NCBI RefSeq assembly: GCF_039654945.1
Contig: NW_027361841.1
Location: 8,804,001-8,868,000, forward strand
Origin: Dendrobates tinctorius
Taxonomy: Eukaryota
Reading direction: 5' to 3'
DNA: 64,000 bases
Both the position numbers and the translations under genes were made by a program. This document shows positions 12,010-26,690 of the stretch, piece by piece. How positions within the stretch are numbered: the stretch's first letter is position 1; each line of letters begins with the position of its first letter. The notes under the pieces were generated by a model, which worked only from the letters and a program-made list of their open reading frames with translations, had not been told where the DNA came from and made no database searches.

Positions 12010-14045
12010 TGAGGTGGACCTAGGTGAGTGTCTCTCCTTTCAGTCTCAGAGCCTGAGGTGCAAGATTCATTAGAAGAGCGATACTCAAACCTAGAGGAGT
12101 CAGAGCGGGGAAAATTGTTAACACGCCAGTGATATACTCTATTATTATCATAATCCTCAAGGTCCCTTTGAAACTTGATTCTTTTTCTGTTTTCCGTATC
12201 CCTCTTATGTTGGTCAGTGACAATCTTAATTTTGGATTTTAAAGCGCTCAGTTCATCTTCAAAAAGGGGAAGAAGGTGGACCCAGGCAACTATAGGCCGG
12301 TGAGTCTGACTTCTATACCAGGAAAGATCTTTGAACAAATTATTAAACAACATGTATGTCAATACCTGGATAAGAATGAAGTGATTAAACAGAGTCAGCA
12401 TGGGTTTGTAACTAATAAGTCATGTCAGACTAATTTAATTTCCTTCTATGATGGTATTACTGATTGGGTGGATCAAGGAAATGCTGTAGATATAGTATAT
12501 CTTGACTTCAGCAAAGCATTTGACAAAGTCTCTCATACAATCCTTATTGAAAAAATGACTAAGTATGGAATGGACAAGGCAACTGTTAGGTGGATTCATA
12601 ACTGGCTTAGTGATCGGACCCAAAGAGTGGTCGTAAATGGCTGCACATCCAGTTGGAAGAATGTCTCAAGTGGGGTACCACAGGGCTCTGTCCTGGGCCC
12701 TGTATTGTTCAACATCTTTATCAACGATTTAGATGAAGGAATTGAGGGTAAACTGATTAAATTTGCTGATGACACAAAGCTAGGAGGGATAGCTAATACT
12801 AGAGAAGAGAGAGAGAGGATTCAAAAAGATTTAAATAAACTGGAGAAGTGGGCAGCAACTAACAGAATGGTTTTTAACAGGGAGAAATGCAAAGTACTAC
12901 ATCTGGGCAATAAAAATGAAAAAAGCATATATAGAATGGGAGGAATAGGGCTAAGTGACAGCACATGTGAAAAAGACTTGGGTATACTAATAGATCACAG
13001 ACTGAATATGAGTCAACAGTGTGATGCAGCAGCAAAAAAGGCAAATGCAATTCTAGGATGTATTAACAGAAGCATACAGTCTAGATCACGTGAAGTAATT
13101 ATTTCCCTCTACTCCTCTTTGGTCAGACCTCATCTGGAATATTGTGTCCAATTTTGGGCACCACATTTTAAAAAAGACATCAGCAAACTGGAGCAAGTTC
13201 AGAAAAGAGCGACCAGAATGGTGACTGGTCTGCAAACCCTGTCTTATGAGGAAAGGTTGCAGGATTTGGGAATGTTTAGTTTGCAAAAGAGAAGACTGAG
13301 AGGAGACTTAATAGCTGTCTACAAATATCTAAAGGGCTGTCACATTGTAGAAGGATCAACTTTATTCTCATTTGCACAAGGAAAGACTAGAAGCAATGGG
13401 ATGAAGCTGAATGGGAGGAGACACAGATTAGATATTAGAAAAAACTTTTTGACAGTTAGAGTGATCAATGAGTGGAACAGGCTGCCACGAGAAGTGGTGA
13501 GTTCTCCTTCAATGGAAGTCTTCAAACAGAGGCTGGACAGACATCTAACTGGGATGATTTAGCGAATCCTGCTTTGAGCAGGGGGTTGGACCAGATGGCC
13601 CAGGAGGTCCCTTCCAACTCTACGATTCTATGATTTCTATGATTCTATGATCTGCTGTGCTGGAAGATGATAATTGTGATTCAATGTTCTGTATCGTATC
13701 TTTTGAAGAGGTAATGGCACCCTGCAGGTGTTCGACAGTCAAAGTCATTAAATCAAATGAACATTTGTTCAAAATCTGTTCAAACTTCTGACAGAAAACA
13801 GAGGAATCACTAAAGAGGGTTGGTCGTAATGGAACTCTAAGACCCCTTGGGATGCGATTGACTCGAAGATATTCCGTCAATGTGGCACAATGTAGTTCGA
13901 GATTAATTAGATGTCGTGACTCACGCTCCAGATCTCTTCCTCTCGTTTCTCTCGGTGGAGCCTTGAGGAAATCACTAGAAAAATTTGTCTTAGACAAAAT
14001 TGCATTAGTTTCTTCTTGATTGTAGGAAAAAATCAATGAAGACAT
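11898..14045 (-). pseudogene. PLE ORF1 interrupted by a CR1 insertion
   Basis: The halves 13620-14168 and 11898-12401 join to give the 28015-28767 protein once 12259-13649 is removed. Confidence 0.9.
12259..13649 (+). mobile_element. 5'-truncated CR1 LINE (open RT C-terminal ORF 12276-13562)
   Basis: [50 protein letters not shown]; (ATTCTATG)n tail at ~13625-13649; ATCT duplicated at both junctions. Confidence 0.95.
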
Positions 14046-14195
14046 AGTATACAGCGTGCACACGTAAAGGTAAGTGACTATCGATATGTATACCGTGGCA
14101 CAGCTGAAATGGTGCACAAAAAAGGTTCCCACACCAAAGAATATATAAAATAAATTTTTGGCACTCAACTTGAAATGATTGGTAGAATTTTATTC

Positions 14196-14249
14196 GCAGT
14201 CATAATAGACGTTTCGGTCAATTCATTCTGACCTTTCTCAATATACTGC
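14196..14249 (-). ncRNA. Minimal hammerhead ribozyme (PLE pLTR)
   Basis: Same motif as 7879-7932. Confidence 0.75.
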
Positions 14250-15960
14250 AACGGTACAGAAGTTGAAAAGAATATATAATAACAATAAATCAAAACTATG
14301 AACAATAATGTATGATCATCACATCAAGAAATAAAGACATCAAAATCATGTGCATGAGTGGTGGGAAGACCTAGATATAAAATGTGAACAAGAGGTAAAA
14401 GTCACAGAAAACGAAAAAAAGGAGGGGGGGGAAAATAAAGTATGAAACATACCCGACTGCTCTTGAGATGTAGAGAAAAATTGTGTGGCAGATATCTAGA
14501 TTCAAATATATGTTCATGTCAGTCAAAACAAGAAACCGGGGTGAGGTAAATATGTTCAGTATATGGGATCACTTACATAAAGGTATAACAGGGAGCAAAA
14601 GGGTCCGTGAATCAATTGCCTACGGTCCGAATGAAGCCTAAGTCGATATGAAAAAATAAGCCTTGTTATATGTTGACTATGGTAGGAGCATCGGTTTAAA
14701 TATATATAGCAATCTGTGTATGAGGAAAATGACCAACCTGTGGTATATCATACAAAATTTCGTATGTCCTGCGACATGGGTCACTGGTATAAATGTACCT
14801 AGGCAATAAATAAGGTGTAAATAGATCTCTCCAGATCATACATTGATTGTTGAAGAAAATATATATACAGAGGATATATAATGAAAACCGTACCATATAT
14901 GTCTCTATATGCAGGGTGATGGGACCCGGACCATAAATACACTAGAGATAAGTCTGTATGTCCCTGATCATGATATCCTTGTAAGTACTTGTCAATTCAA
15001 ATCTGTATTGCCCCGTAATTACCTTTTTCTATCTGAAACCATGATCAAAAAATACGTCTTAGATGTCTGGCTTTCAGCCAGAATAAGTCATAAATATCTG
15101 ACATTCAGCGTAAAAGAGCATGTCCCAAGAAAAATGTGTACCCACCATCAATGAACTTGGTAATGAGGCCCGGGTCCAAAACTCTGATTACCAATGCGGT
15201 CTATATAAGAGAATGTGGGTCAAAATGCGTCCCTACCGAAGGAATGACAATATATGAAAAGGTAAACTAGTGAGGTCCCTTACCAGTAGTAGATAGTAGT
15301 GTCTCCTGCCACAATGTAACTCGGCATCCACCGCTTGTTCATGGGCAAGGTGACAGTGGAAGGCGCTCATTTTTAAACATTAGGGGCGGGACTAACAATC
15401 TGGCCGTAAAACCGGAAGTACGTCACCGGAAGTGACGTCGCGCTATATGATAGTGTCAAATGACACTCGAAAGGGAATGTAAACATGAGATCCCTCATGA
15501 TAAGTAGTGTACATGGCACAATGGCACAAACACAGACATAGGAGTGTATGAGAAATGTTGTTTAATGGGAAGAATACGATATTTAGAGCAAACTATAATG
15601 TATATATAAGGCAGCGGGTAAGGAGATAGGGGAAATAGGAAAACGAGATGAGGAGAGGTCAGGGATCCAGAAGGAAGGGTCGGAAGGTGACAAATTGCAT
15701 GTTGTCTATTCAATAGCGACGGCTCTGTAAAAGACAAAACTGTATGTCAATGAACATATATAAAAAAAGGATATGTATAAATGACTACATAGTAGTAGTA
15801 TATCAGTGTTTCCAATGTATAATATATATGCTGCAGAATATACCTGGTAAAACACAAAACTATGCATTACCCATGAGTTAAGTATCTATAACGTCCTCAC
15901 ATCGGTGAAATAAGTCCGTTAGGGATTTGCAAATAATGAAGATACCCCATTGTTATAAGT

Positions 15961-16870
15961 TCAAATAAAGGACAAAAGATCGTATTCCCTATTGAGACCC
16001 CTTGGAGATAGGGTCTCCAGCTCGTGTATCCAGTAAGCCTCTCTCTTTTTTAGAGTCTGGATCCGGTTGCCCCCTCGTCTTGGCAATGGGATCTGTTCAA
16101 TAACCTGGAATTTCAATTGGGGTATCGTATGTCCTGCACTAATGAAGTGATGGGGTAGGGGTAATAATGTGTTGCTGCATCTTATGGTGGACTTGTGTTT
16201 ACTTATGCGGTCTTTTATGGATTGTGTGGTTTCACCAATATAAAGGAGGCCACATGGGCACTTGATCAAATATACCACGTACGACGTTTCGCAGGTGGAA
16301 TAGTCCTTAATCTTATAGCGTTTACCTGAATGTGGATGATGGAAGTAATTCCCCTTGAGGACATTGCTGCATTGATTACAATGTAAACATGGGTAAGTAC
16401 CGGTTCTTGGTTGTGATAAGAACCTCTGTGTGGAGGGGCGTGGTCCAGATCCTATATCAGCTTTGATCAGAGTGTCACGTATGTTACGAGGACGTTTGTA
16501 ACACGGTAGGAAATCTTGTTGAAATTCTGGTATATCAGGATGTGCTTCCTTTAAGAGATTCCAATGTTTCCTAATCGTATGGTGGAGGATGTGAACATAG
16601 GGATGGAACGTGTGAACAAAGGGTATGCGCCCAGTAACGGGTTGTTTGAGTGATGGTGAGGGTTGTAAAGCTTGATGTAATACATTAGGGGGATAGCCTC
16701 TCTCCCTAAATTTCTGAAACATCTCCTCCCTTCTCACATCATTAGTAACTGGATCCGTGACAATGCGTTCTAATCTTTTGAATTAAGAACGTGGTATGGA
16801 TTTCTTTGTGGATGGTGGGTGAAGACTCTGGAAATGAAGTAGACTGTTACGGTCTGTAGGTTTTATATAT
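15961..16870 (-). pseudogene. 5'-truncated PLE ORF2 (RT thumb + GIY-YIG), left side of the palindrome centre
   Basis: 258-aa ORF essentially identical to the ORF2 C-terminus. Confidence 0.93.
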
Positions 16871-17765
16871 AGACCGTAACAGTCTACTTCATTTCCAGAG
16901 TCTTCACCCACCATCCACAAAGAAATCCATACCACGTTCTCAATTCAAAAGATTAGAACGCATTGTCACGGATCCAGTTACTAATGATGTGAGAAGGGAG
17001 GAGATGTTTCAGAAATTTAGGGAGAGAGGCTATCCCCCTAATGTATTACATCAAGCTTTACAACCCTCACCATCACTCAAACAACCCGTTACTGGGCGCA
17101 TACCCTTTGTTCACACGTTCCATCCCTATGTTCACATCCTCCACCATACGATTAGGAAACATTGGAATCTCTTAAAGGAAGCACATCCTGATATACCAGA
17201 ATCTCAACAAGATTTCCTACCGTGTTACAAACGTCCTCGTAACATACGTGACACTCTGATCAAAGCTGATATAGGATCTGGACCACGCCCCTCCACACAG
17301 AGGTTCTTATCACAACCAAGAACCGGTACTTACCCATGTTTACATTGTAATCAATGCAGCAATGTCCTCAAGGGGAATTACTTCCATCATCCACATTCAG
17401 GTAAACGCTATAAGATTAAGGACTATTCCACCTGCGAAACGTCGTATGTGGTATATTTGATCAAGTGCCCATGTGGCCTCCTTTATATTGGTGAAACCAC
17501 ACAATCCATAAAAGACCGCATAAGTAAACACAAGTCCACCATAAGATGCAGCAACACATTATTACCCCTACCCCATCACTTCATTAGTGCAGGACATACG
17601 ATACCCCAATTGAAATTCCAGGTTATTGAACAGATCCCATTGCCAAGACGAGGGGGCAACCGGATCCAGACTCTAAAAAAGAGAGAGGCTTACTGGATAC
17701 ACGAGCTGGAGACCCTATCTCCAAGGGGTCTCAATAGGGAATACGATCTTTTGTCCTTTATTTGA
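16871..17765 (+). pseudogene. 5'-truncated PLE ORF2 (RT thumb + GIY-YIG), right side of the palindrome centre
   Basis: Mirror image of 15961-16855 (x pairs with 33726-x). Confidence 0.93.
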
Positions 17766-19476
17766 ACTTATAACAATGGGGTATCTTCATTATTTGCAAA
17801 TCCCTAACGGACTTATTTCACCGATGTGAGGACGTTATAGATACTTAACTCATGGGTAATGCATAGTTTTGTGTTTTACCAGGTATATTCTGCAGCATAT
17901 ATATTATACATTGGAAACACTGATATACTACTACTATGTAGTCATTTATACATATCCTTTTTTTATATATGTTCATTGACATACAGTTTTGTCTTTTACA
18001 GAGCCGTCGCTATTGAATAGACAACATGCAATTTGTCACCTTCCGACCCTTCCTTCTGGATCCCTGACCTCTCCTCATCTCGTTTTCCTATTTCCCCTAT
18101 CTCCTTACCCGCTGCCTTATATATACATTATAGTTTGCTCTAAATATCGTATTCTTCCCATTAAACAACATTTCTCATACACTCCTATGTCTGTGTTTGT
18201 GCCATTGTGCCATGTACACTACTTATCATGAGGGATCTCATGTTTACATTCCCTTTCGAGTGTCATTTGACACTATCATATAGCGCGACGTCACTTCCGG
18301 TGACGTACTTCCGGTTTTACGGCCGGATTGTTAGTCCCGCCCCTAATGTTTAAAAATGAGCGCCTTCCACTGTCACCTTGCCCATGAACAAGCGGTGGAT
18401 GCCGAGTTACATTGTGGCAGGAGACACTACTATCTACTACTGGTAAGGGACCTCACTAGTTTACCTTTTCATATATTGTCATTCCTTCGGTAGGGACGCA
18501 TTTTGACCCACATTCTCTTATATAGACCGCATTGGTAATCAGAGTTTTGGACCCGGGCCTCATTACCAAGTTCATTGATGGTGGGTACACATTTTTCTTG
18601 GGACATGCTCTTTTACGCTGAATGTCAGATATTTATGACTTATTCTGGCTGAAAGCCAGACATCTAAGACGTATTTTTTGATCATGGTTTCAGATAGAAA
18701 AAGGAAATTACGGGGCAATACAGATTTGAATTGACAAGTACTTACAAGGATATCATGATCAGGGACATACAGACTTATCTCTAGTGTATTTATGGTCCGG
18801 GTCCCATCACCCTGCATATAGAGACATATATGGTACGCTTTTCATTATATATCCTCTGTATATATATTTTCTTCAACAATCAATGTATGATCTGGAGAGA
18901 TCTATTTATACCTTATTTATTGCCTAGGTACATTTATACCAGTGACCCATGTCGCAGGACATACAAAATTTTGTATGATATACCACAGGTTGGTCATTTT
19001 CCTCATACACAGATTGCTATATATATTTAAACCGATGCTCCTACCATAGTCAACATATAACAAGGCTTATTTTTTCATATCGACTTAGGCCTCATTCGGA
19101 CCGTAGGCAATTGATTCACGGACCCTTTTGCTCCCTGTTATACCTTTATGTAAGTGATCCCATATACTGAACATATTTACCTCACCCCGGTTTCTTGTTT
19201 TGACTGACATGAACATATATTTGAATCTAGATATCTGCCACACAATTTTTCTCTACATCTCAAGAGCAGTCGGGTATGTTTCATACTTTATTTCCCCCCC
19301 CCTCCTTTTTTTCGTTTTCTGTGACTTTTACCTCTTGTTCACATTTTATATCTAGGTCTTCCCACCACTCATGCACATGATTTTGATGTCTTTATTTCTT
19401 GATGTGATGATCATACATTATTGTTCATAGTTTTGATTTATTGTTATTATATATTCTTTTCAACTTCTGTACCGTT

Positions 19477-19530
19477 GCAGTATATTGAGAAAGGTCAGAA
19501 TGAATTGACCGAAACGTCTATTATGACTGC
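19477..19530 (+). ncRNA. Minimal hammerhead ribozyme (PLE pLTR)
   Basis: TTGAGAA core, GGTCA/TGACC stem II, GAAACGTC, GCAGT/ACTGC stem I; AATAAA follows. Confidence 0.75.
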
Positions 19531-19680
19531 GAATAAAATTCTACCAATCATTTCAAGTTGAGTGCCAAAAATTTATTTTATATATTCTCTGGTGTGGGAA
19601 CCTTTTTTGTGCACCATTTCAGCTGTGCCACGGTATACATATCGATAGTCACTTACCTTTACGTGTGCACGCTGTATACT

Positions 19681-20432
19681 ATGTCTTCATTGATTTTTTC
19701 CTACAATCAAGAAGAAACTAATGCAATTTTGTCTAAGACAAATTTTTCTAGTGATTTCCTCAAGGCTCCACCGAGAGAAACGAGAGGAAGAGATCTGGAG
19801 CGTGAGTCACGACATCTAATTAATCTCAACTACATTGTGCCACATTGACCGAATATCTTCGAGTCAATCGCATCCCAAGGGGTCTTAGAGTTCCATTACG
19901 ACCAACCCTCTTTAGTGATTCCTCTGTTTTCTGTCAGAAGTTTGAACAGATTTTGAACAAATGTTCATTTGATTTAATGACTTTGACTGTCGAACACCTG
20001 CAGGGTGCCATTACCTCTTCAAAAGATACGATACAGAACATTGAATCACAATTATCATCTTCCAGCACAGCAGATGAACTGAGCGCTTTAAAATCCAAAA
20101 TTAAGATTGTCACTGACCAACATAAGAGGGATACGGAAAACAGAAAAAGAATCAAGTTTCAAAGGGACCTTGAGGATTATGATAATAATAGAGTATATCA
20201 CTGGCGTGTTAACAATTTTCCCCGCTCTGACTCCTCTAGGTTTGAGTATCGCTCTTCTAATGAATCTTGCACCTCAGGCTCTGAGACTGAAAGGAGAGAC
20301 ACTCACCTAGGTCCACCTCATTTTTTGGACCAACGCAGACGACGTCCAAGAAGAAGAGGCCACGCCGTAGCCAACGAAGGAAGAGGTCCAGACTTCTACA
20401 GAGTGACACGGTCTCAGGTACAAGCTCGTTAG
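19681..20432 (+). pseudogene. PLE ORF1 with a 1-nt deletion at ~19827
   Basis: CTCAACTAC here versus CTCGAACTAC in the other copies; split ORFs 19558-19848 and 19845-20432. Confidence 0.88.
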
Positions 20433-23400
20433 TCATCAATATTTCTTCAAGGTCCCTTGGCATTGCAGAATACAACCTTTTACAGAAGGGTCTGTCTTTC
20501 TGCCCATCCTTTAAGCTAAGTACCTTTGATCTTGACATGGAATTACAGCGCTTCTTTCGTCGCATTAGACTACTTACACATTTTGCCATGAGTGTTCGGA
20601 GTGGTGACCCCACTCCCTCCGAGGGACAACCCCTGATTTCTATAAAAGATCTGGGCCTCCGGAATAAAAGCTCCTATAGACCGCCACAGAGCTCCCATGC
20701 TGTTGAATCCTTCATTGAATTTGTGGGGGGAAGGCATTCTCGAAAATCCGTCGAGATACTGATAATGGTTTACTACACTTCCCCTCCAATCTAACTAACT
20801 TAGACTTTCAGGCCCTACAGTCCCTACGTAGCGACAATAACATTATCATCAAACCTGCTGATAAAGGTGGGGCTATAGTTGTGATGGATAAGACTGATTA
20901 CATCAGGGAAGCCCTTCGCCAACTTGGCGACGAATCAGTCTATATCAAATTAGGACACGACCCAACAAGAGAGATTAGTGACAACATATCCAACATTCTC
21001 ACTACTTATCATGAAAAGGGAGTCATAGACTCCAAAACAAAAGAATACCTGATAAAAACACATCCTATTATACCGGTATTTTACATGCTTCCGAAGGTAC
21101 ACAAGAGTTTAGAATGCCCCCCGGGCCGACCCATTGTAGCGTCTTCTGAATCGATCTTATCTCCCATATCAATCTTCTTGGAGAAGATATTAACCCCATT
21201 GACACGGAAAGCACAATCCTTTCTACTTGATACGGGTGATTTTCTCGACACTATTAAGGACATTGGTACCATACCCAAAGAGTCCATTTTGGTCTCTTTT
21301 GACGTCAAAGATCTTTACACGTCCATACCCCATAACCAGGGAATTCAATGTGTAAGACAATTGCTGACACGGTCGGGTCTTCACCCTGATATGATCGATA
21401 TGTGCCTCGAATTACTCACAGTGGTTCTCACCAAAAACCACTTTCTTTTTGAGGAGACATTCTACCTACAGGCGAAAGGGACCGCAATGGGGTCTAACGT
21501 AACGCCCCCATATGCTAACATATACATGGCCACTTTCGAAGATGAGGTGGTGTATCCTGATCCCCGCTATATGACACATTACATTATCTGGAAACGATTC
21601 ATTGATGACGTGTTCTGTATTTGGACAGGTCCACCTGACACATTGGAAGATTTCTTTGCCACACTGAATCAAGCCTGGCCGGGCCTTAGATTCACTATTA
21701 CTATGGACTCATACAGAGTCAGTTTTCTTGATACCGTGATTATCAAGGATGGAGAGGGAGTACTCAGTACAGATCTATATATAAAACCTACAGACCGTAA
21801 CAGTCTACTTCATTTCCAGAGTCTTCACCCACCATCCACAAAGAAATCCATACCACGTTCTCAATTCAAAAGATTAGAACGCATTGTCACTAGAGTTGAG
21901 CGATACCATCCGATACTTCAAAGTATCGTATCGGATGGTATCGGCCGATCTTTAAAAAAAGTATCGGTATCGCCGATTCCGATACCGGAAGTCCCATTCA
22001 AGTCTATGGGACTTCCGGTATCGGAATAAGAAAAACCCTTTCCTGCCCTTGTACAGCCTCTCTGGGGTCTGTACGGGCCTTTCGGGGGGCTGTGCCGGCC
22101 TGCCAGGGGGTCTGTGCAGGCTCCGGTGGTCTGTGCCGGCCTGCCGGTGGTCTGTGCAGGCTCCGGGGGGCTGTGCCGGCCTGCCGGGGGGCTGTGCCGG
22201 CCTGCCGGGGGGCTGTGCCGGCCTGCCAGGGGGTCTGTGCAGGCTCCGGTGGTCTGTGCCGGCCTGCCGGTGGTCTGTGCAGGCTCCGGGGGGCTGTGCC
22301 GGCCTGCCGGGGGGCTGTGCCGGCCTGCCGGGGGGCTGTGCCGGCCTGCCGGGGGGCTGTGCCGGCCTGCCGGTGGTCTGTGCAGGCTCCGGGGGTCTGT
22401 GCAGGCATCGTCCGATGGGACTACAAGTCCCATCTGGCGATGCCTGCTACCATGACAGTGATTGACACATTAGCCAATGATGGGACAGTAGTAGTCCCAT
22501 CATCCGGCTAATGTGTTAAATGTAAAAAAAAAAAAAAAAAAAAAAAAATTACATGCTACATTCATACTACATACTACATACATGCTACATTCATACTACA
22601 TACTACATACATGCTACATTCATACTACATGCAACATACATACTACATATATACTACATGCATGCTACATATATACTACATGCATGCTACATACATACTA
22701 CATGATACATACTACATATATACTACATGCATGCTACATACATACTACATATATACTACATGCATGCTACATACATACTACATGCTACATGCATGCTACA
22801 TACATACTACATACATGCTACATATATACTACATACATACTACATATATACTACATGCATGCTACATATATACTACATGCATGCTACATACATACTACAT
22901 ATATACTACATGCATGCTACATACATACTACATGCTACATGCATGCTACATACATACTACATACATGCTACATATATACTACATACATACTACATATATA
23001 CTACATGCATGCTACATATATACTACATGCATGCTACATACATACTACATATATACTACATGCATGCTACATACATACTACATGCTACATGCATGCTACA
23101 TACATACTACATACATGCTACATATATACTACATACATACTACATATATACTACATACATACCACATACATACTACATGCATGCTACATATATACTACAT
23201 GCATGCTACATACATACTACATATATACTACATGCATGCTACATACATACTACATGCTACATGCATGCTACATACATACTACATGCTACATACATACCAC
23301 ATATATACTACATACATACAATACATTCATACAATACATACATAGACATACAGTACATATAACATAGAGTAACATACTTACCAATACTTGTCACATTGTT

Positions 23401-24751
23401 CCCCGAAGCCATTGTCGTCTACGGAATAAATATTAACATAACAAACCACAAAAATACTCACCCACGATCCGAAGCAGTCCACGAGTGTGTCCCACGACGA
23501 TCTTGGGTAGAGAACTGCAGCATCAGCTGATGCTGCCGTTCTCTACGGGCTGCAGGAATCCAATGACGGAAGGTAGGTATCCTTCCGCACTGTATTCCTC
23601 CGCCACTTAAAAAAAAAAAAAGTCCCTAGTCTCACTTTATGCCATTGCTGTGTGGGAATTTCCCACACAGCAATGGCATAAAGTGAGACTAGGGACTTTT
23701 TTTTTTTTAAGTGGCGGAGGAATACAGTGCGGAAGGATACCTACCTTCCGTCATTGGATTCCTGCAGCCCGTAGAGAACGGCAGCATCATCTGATGCTGC
23801 AGTTCTCTACCCAAGATCGTCGTGGGACACACTCGTGGACTGCTTCGGATCGTGGGTGAGTATTTTTGTGGTTTGTTATGTTAATATTTATTCCGGAAAG
23901 ACAATGGCTTCGGGGAACAATGTGACAAGTATTGGTAAGTATGTTACTCTATGTTATATGTACTGTATGTCTATGTATGTATTGTATGAATGTATTGTAT
24001 GTATGTAGTATATATGTGGTATGTATGTAGCATGTAGTATGTATGTAGTATGTATGTAGCATGCATGTAGCATGTAGTATGTATGTAGCATGCATGTAGT
24101 ATATATGTAGTATGTATGTAGCATGCATGTAGTATATATGTAGCATGTATGTAGTATGTATGTGGTATGTATGTAGCATGTAGTATATATGTAGCATGCA
24201 TGTAGTATATATGTAGTATGTATGTAGTATGTATGTAGCATGTATGTAGTATATATGTAGTATGTATGTAGTATATATGTAGCATGTATGTAGTATATAT
24301 GTAGTATGTATGTAGTATATATGTAGCATGCATGTAGTATATATGTAGTATGTATGTAGTATATATGTAGCAAGCATGTAGTATATATGTAGTATGTATG
24401 TAGTATATATGTAGCATGTATGTAGTATGTATGTAGCATGCATGTAGCATGTAGTATGTATGTAGCATGCATGTAGTATATATGTAGTATGTATGTAGCA
24501 TGCATGTAGTATATATGTAGCATGCATGTAGTATGTATGTGGTATGTATGTAGCATGTAGTATATATGTAGCATGCATGTAGTATGTATGTAGTATGTAT
24601 GTAGTATGTATGTAGCATGCAGTATGTATGTAGTATGTATGTAGTATATATGTAGTATGTATGTAGCATGCATGTAGTATGTATGTAGTATGTATGTAGT
24701 ATGTATGTAGTATATATGTAGTATGTATGTAGCATGTAGTATGTATGTAGT

Positions 24752-24786
<35 letters not shown>

Positions 24787-26099
24787 AACACATTAGCCGG
24801 ATGATGGGACTACTACTGTCCCATCATTGGCTAATGTGTCAATCACTGTCATGGTAGCAGGCATCGCCCGATGGGACTTGTAGTCCCATCGGACGATGCT
24901 TGCACAGACCCCCGGACATCAGCACAGCCCCCCGGCAGGCCGGCACAGCCCCCCGGCAGGCCGGTACAGACCCCCACAGGGTGCACAGCCCCCCGGCAGG
25001 CCGGCACAGCCCCCCGGCAGGCCGGCAGAGACCCCGGGCAGTCCACACAGCCCCCCGGCAGGCCGGCACAGCCCCCCGGCAGGCCGGCAGAGACCCCCGG
25101 AAGGCCCGAAATGACGGCGCATCATGATGCGCACACACCGCGCATCATGATGACGTCAGGCCGTCAATCAACTGAACTTCCGATTCCGATGCCGAATTCC
25201 GATATTGAAAAAATATCGGAAGTCGGTATCGGAATTCCGATACAGCAAGTATCGGCCGATACCCGATACTTGCGGTATCGGAATGCTCAACACTAATTGT
25301 CACGGATCCAGTTACTAATGATGTGAGAAGGGAGGAGATGTTTCAGAAATTTAGGGAGAGAGGCTATCCCCCTAATGTATTACATCAAGCTTTACAACCC
25401 TCACCATCACTCAAACAACCCGTTACTGGGCGCATACCCTTTGTTCACACGTTCCATCCCTATGTTCACATCCTCCACCATACGATTAGGAAACATTGGA
25501 ATCTCTTAAAGGAAGCACATCCTGATATACCAGAATTTCAACAAGATTTCCTACCGTGTTACAAACGTCCTCGTAACATACGTGACACTCTGATCAAAGC
25601 TGATATAGGATCTGGACCACGCCCCTCCACACAGAGGTTCTTATCACAACCAAGAACCGGTACTTACCCATGTTTACATTGTAATCAATGCAGCAATGTC
25701 CTCAAGGGGAATTACTTCCATCATCCACATTCAGGTAAACGCTATAAGATTAAGGACTATTCCACCTGCGAAACGTCGTACGTGGTATATTTGATCAAGT
25801 GCCCATGTGGCCTCCTTTATATTGGTGAAACCACACAATCCATAAAAGACCGCATAAGTAAACACAAGTCCACCATAAGATGCAGCAACACATTATTACC
25901 CCTACCCCATCACTTCATTAGTGCAGGACATACGATACCCCAATTGAAATTCCAGGTTATTGAACAGATCCCATTGCCAAGACGAGGGGGCAACCGGATC
26001 CAGACTCTAAAAAAGAGAGAGGCTTACTGGATACACGAGCTGGAGACCCTATCTCCAAGGGGTCTCAATAGGGAATACGATCTTTTGTCCTTTATTTGA
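20321..26099 (+). pseudogene. PLE ORF2 (RT-GIY-YIG) interrupted by a foldback hAT element
   Basis: ORF 20881-22029 diverges after RLERIVT at 21890 and resumes at 25304. Confidence 0.93.
21891..25295 (+). mobile_element. Non-autonomous foldback hAT element, copy 1
   Basis: Ends TAGAGTTGAGCG / TGCTCAACACTA; 8-bp TSD ATTGTCAC (21883-21890, 25296-25303); inverted arms of GC minisatellite, TACA-type microsatellite and unique core, centred on 23659. Confidence 0.95.
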
Positions 26100-26616
26100 A
26101 CTTATAACAATGGGGTATCTTCATTATTTGCAAATCCCTAATGGACTTATTTCACCGATGTGAGGACGTTATAGATACTTAACTCATGGGTAATGCATAG
26201 TTTTGTGTTTTACCAGGTATATTCTGCAGCATATATATTATACATTGGAAACACTGATATACTACTACTATGTAGTCATTTATACATATCCTTTTTTTAT
26301 ATATGTTCATTGACATACAGTTTTGTCTTTTACAGAGCCGTCGCTATTGAATAGACAACATGCAATTTGTCACCTTCCGACCCTTCCTTCTGGATCCCTG
26401 ACCTCTCCTCATCTCGTTTTCCTATTTCCCCTATCTCCTTACCCGCTGCCTTATATATACATTATAGTTTGCTCTAAATATCGTATTCTTCCCATTAAAC
26501 AACATTTCTCATACACTCCTATGTCTGTGTTTGTGCCATTGTGCCATGTACACTACTTATCATGAGGGATCTCATGTTTACATTCCCTTTCGAGTGTCAT
26601 TTGACACTATCATATA

Positions 26617-26690
26617 GCGCGACGTCACTTCCGGTGACGTACTTCCGGTTTTACGGCCGGATTGTTAGTCCCGCCCCTAATGTTTAAAAA
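26617..26690 (+). promoter_or_regulatory. Pol II promoter-like island in the PLE pLTR (also ~18283-18356 +, ~31538-31611 +, ~15370-15443 -, ~9053-9126 -)
   Basis: CpG-rich patch in AT-rich pLTR: GACGTCACTTCCGGTGACGTACTTCCGG (CRE-like and ETS sites), GC box CCGCCCC, TTTAAAA TATA-like box. Confidence 0.65.

Noticed and set aside
21918-22511. Pro/Gly/Ala/Arg repeat ORFs (also ~24840-25300, 37950-38610, 40620-40930, 53330-53950, 57035-57560)
   Set aside because: GC minisatellite of the foldback element; stop-free by composition.
22513-24791. Long His/Thr/Tyr/Ile-rich ORFs (also 38616-40568, 54085-56987)
   Set aside because: Translations of the TACA/TGTA microsatellite; open in all three frames on one strand.
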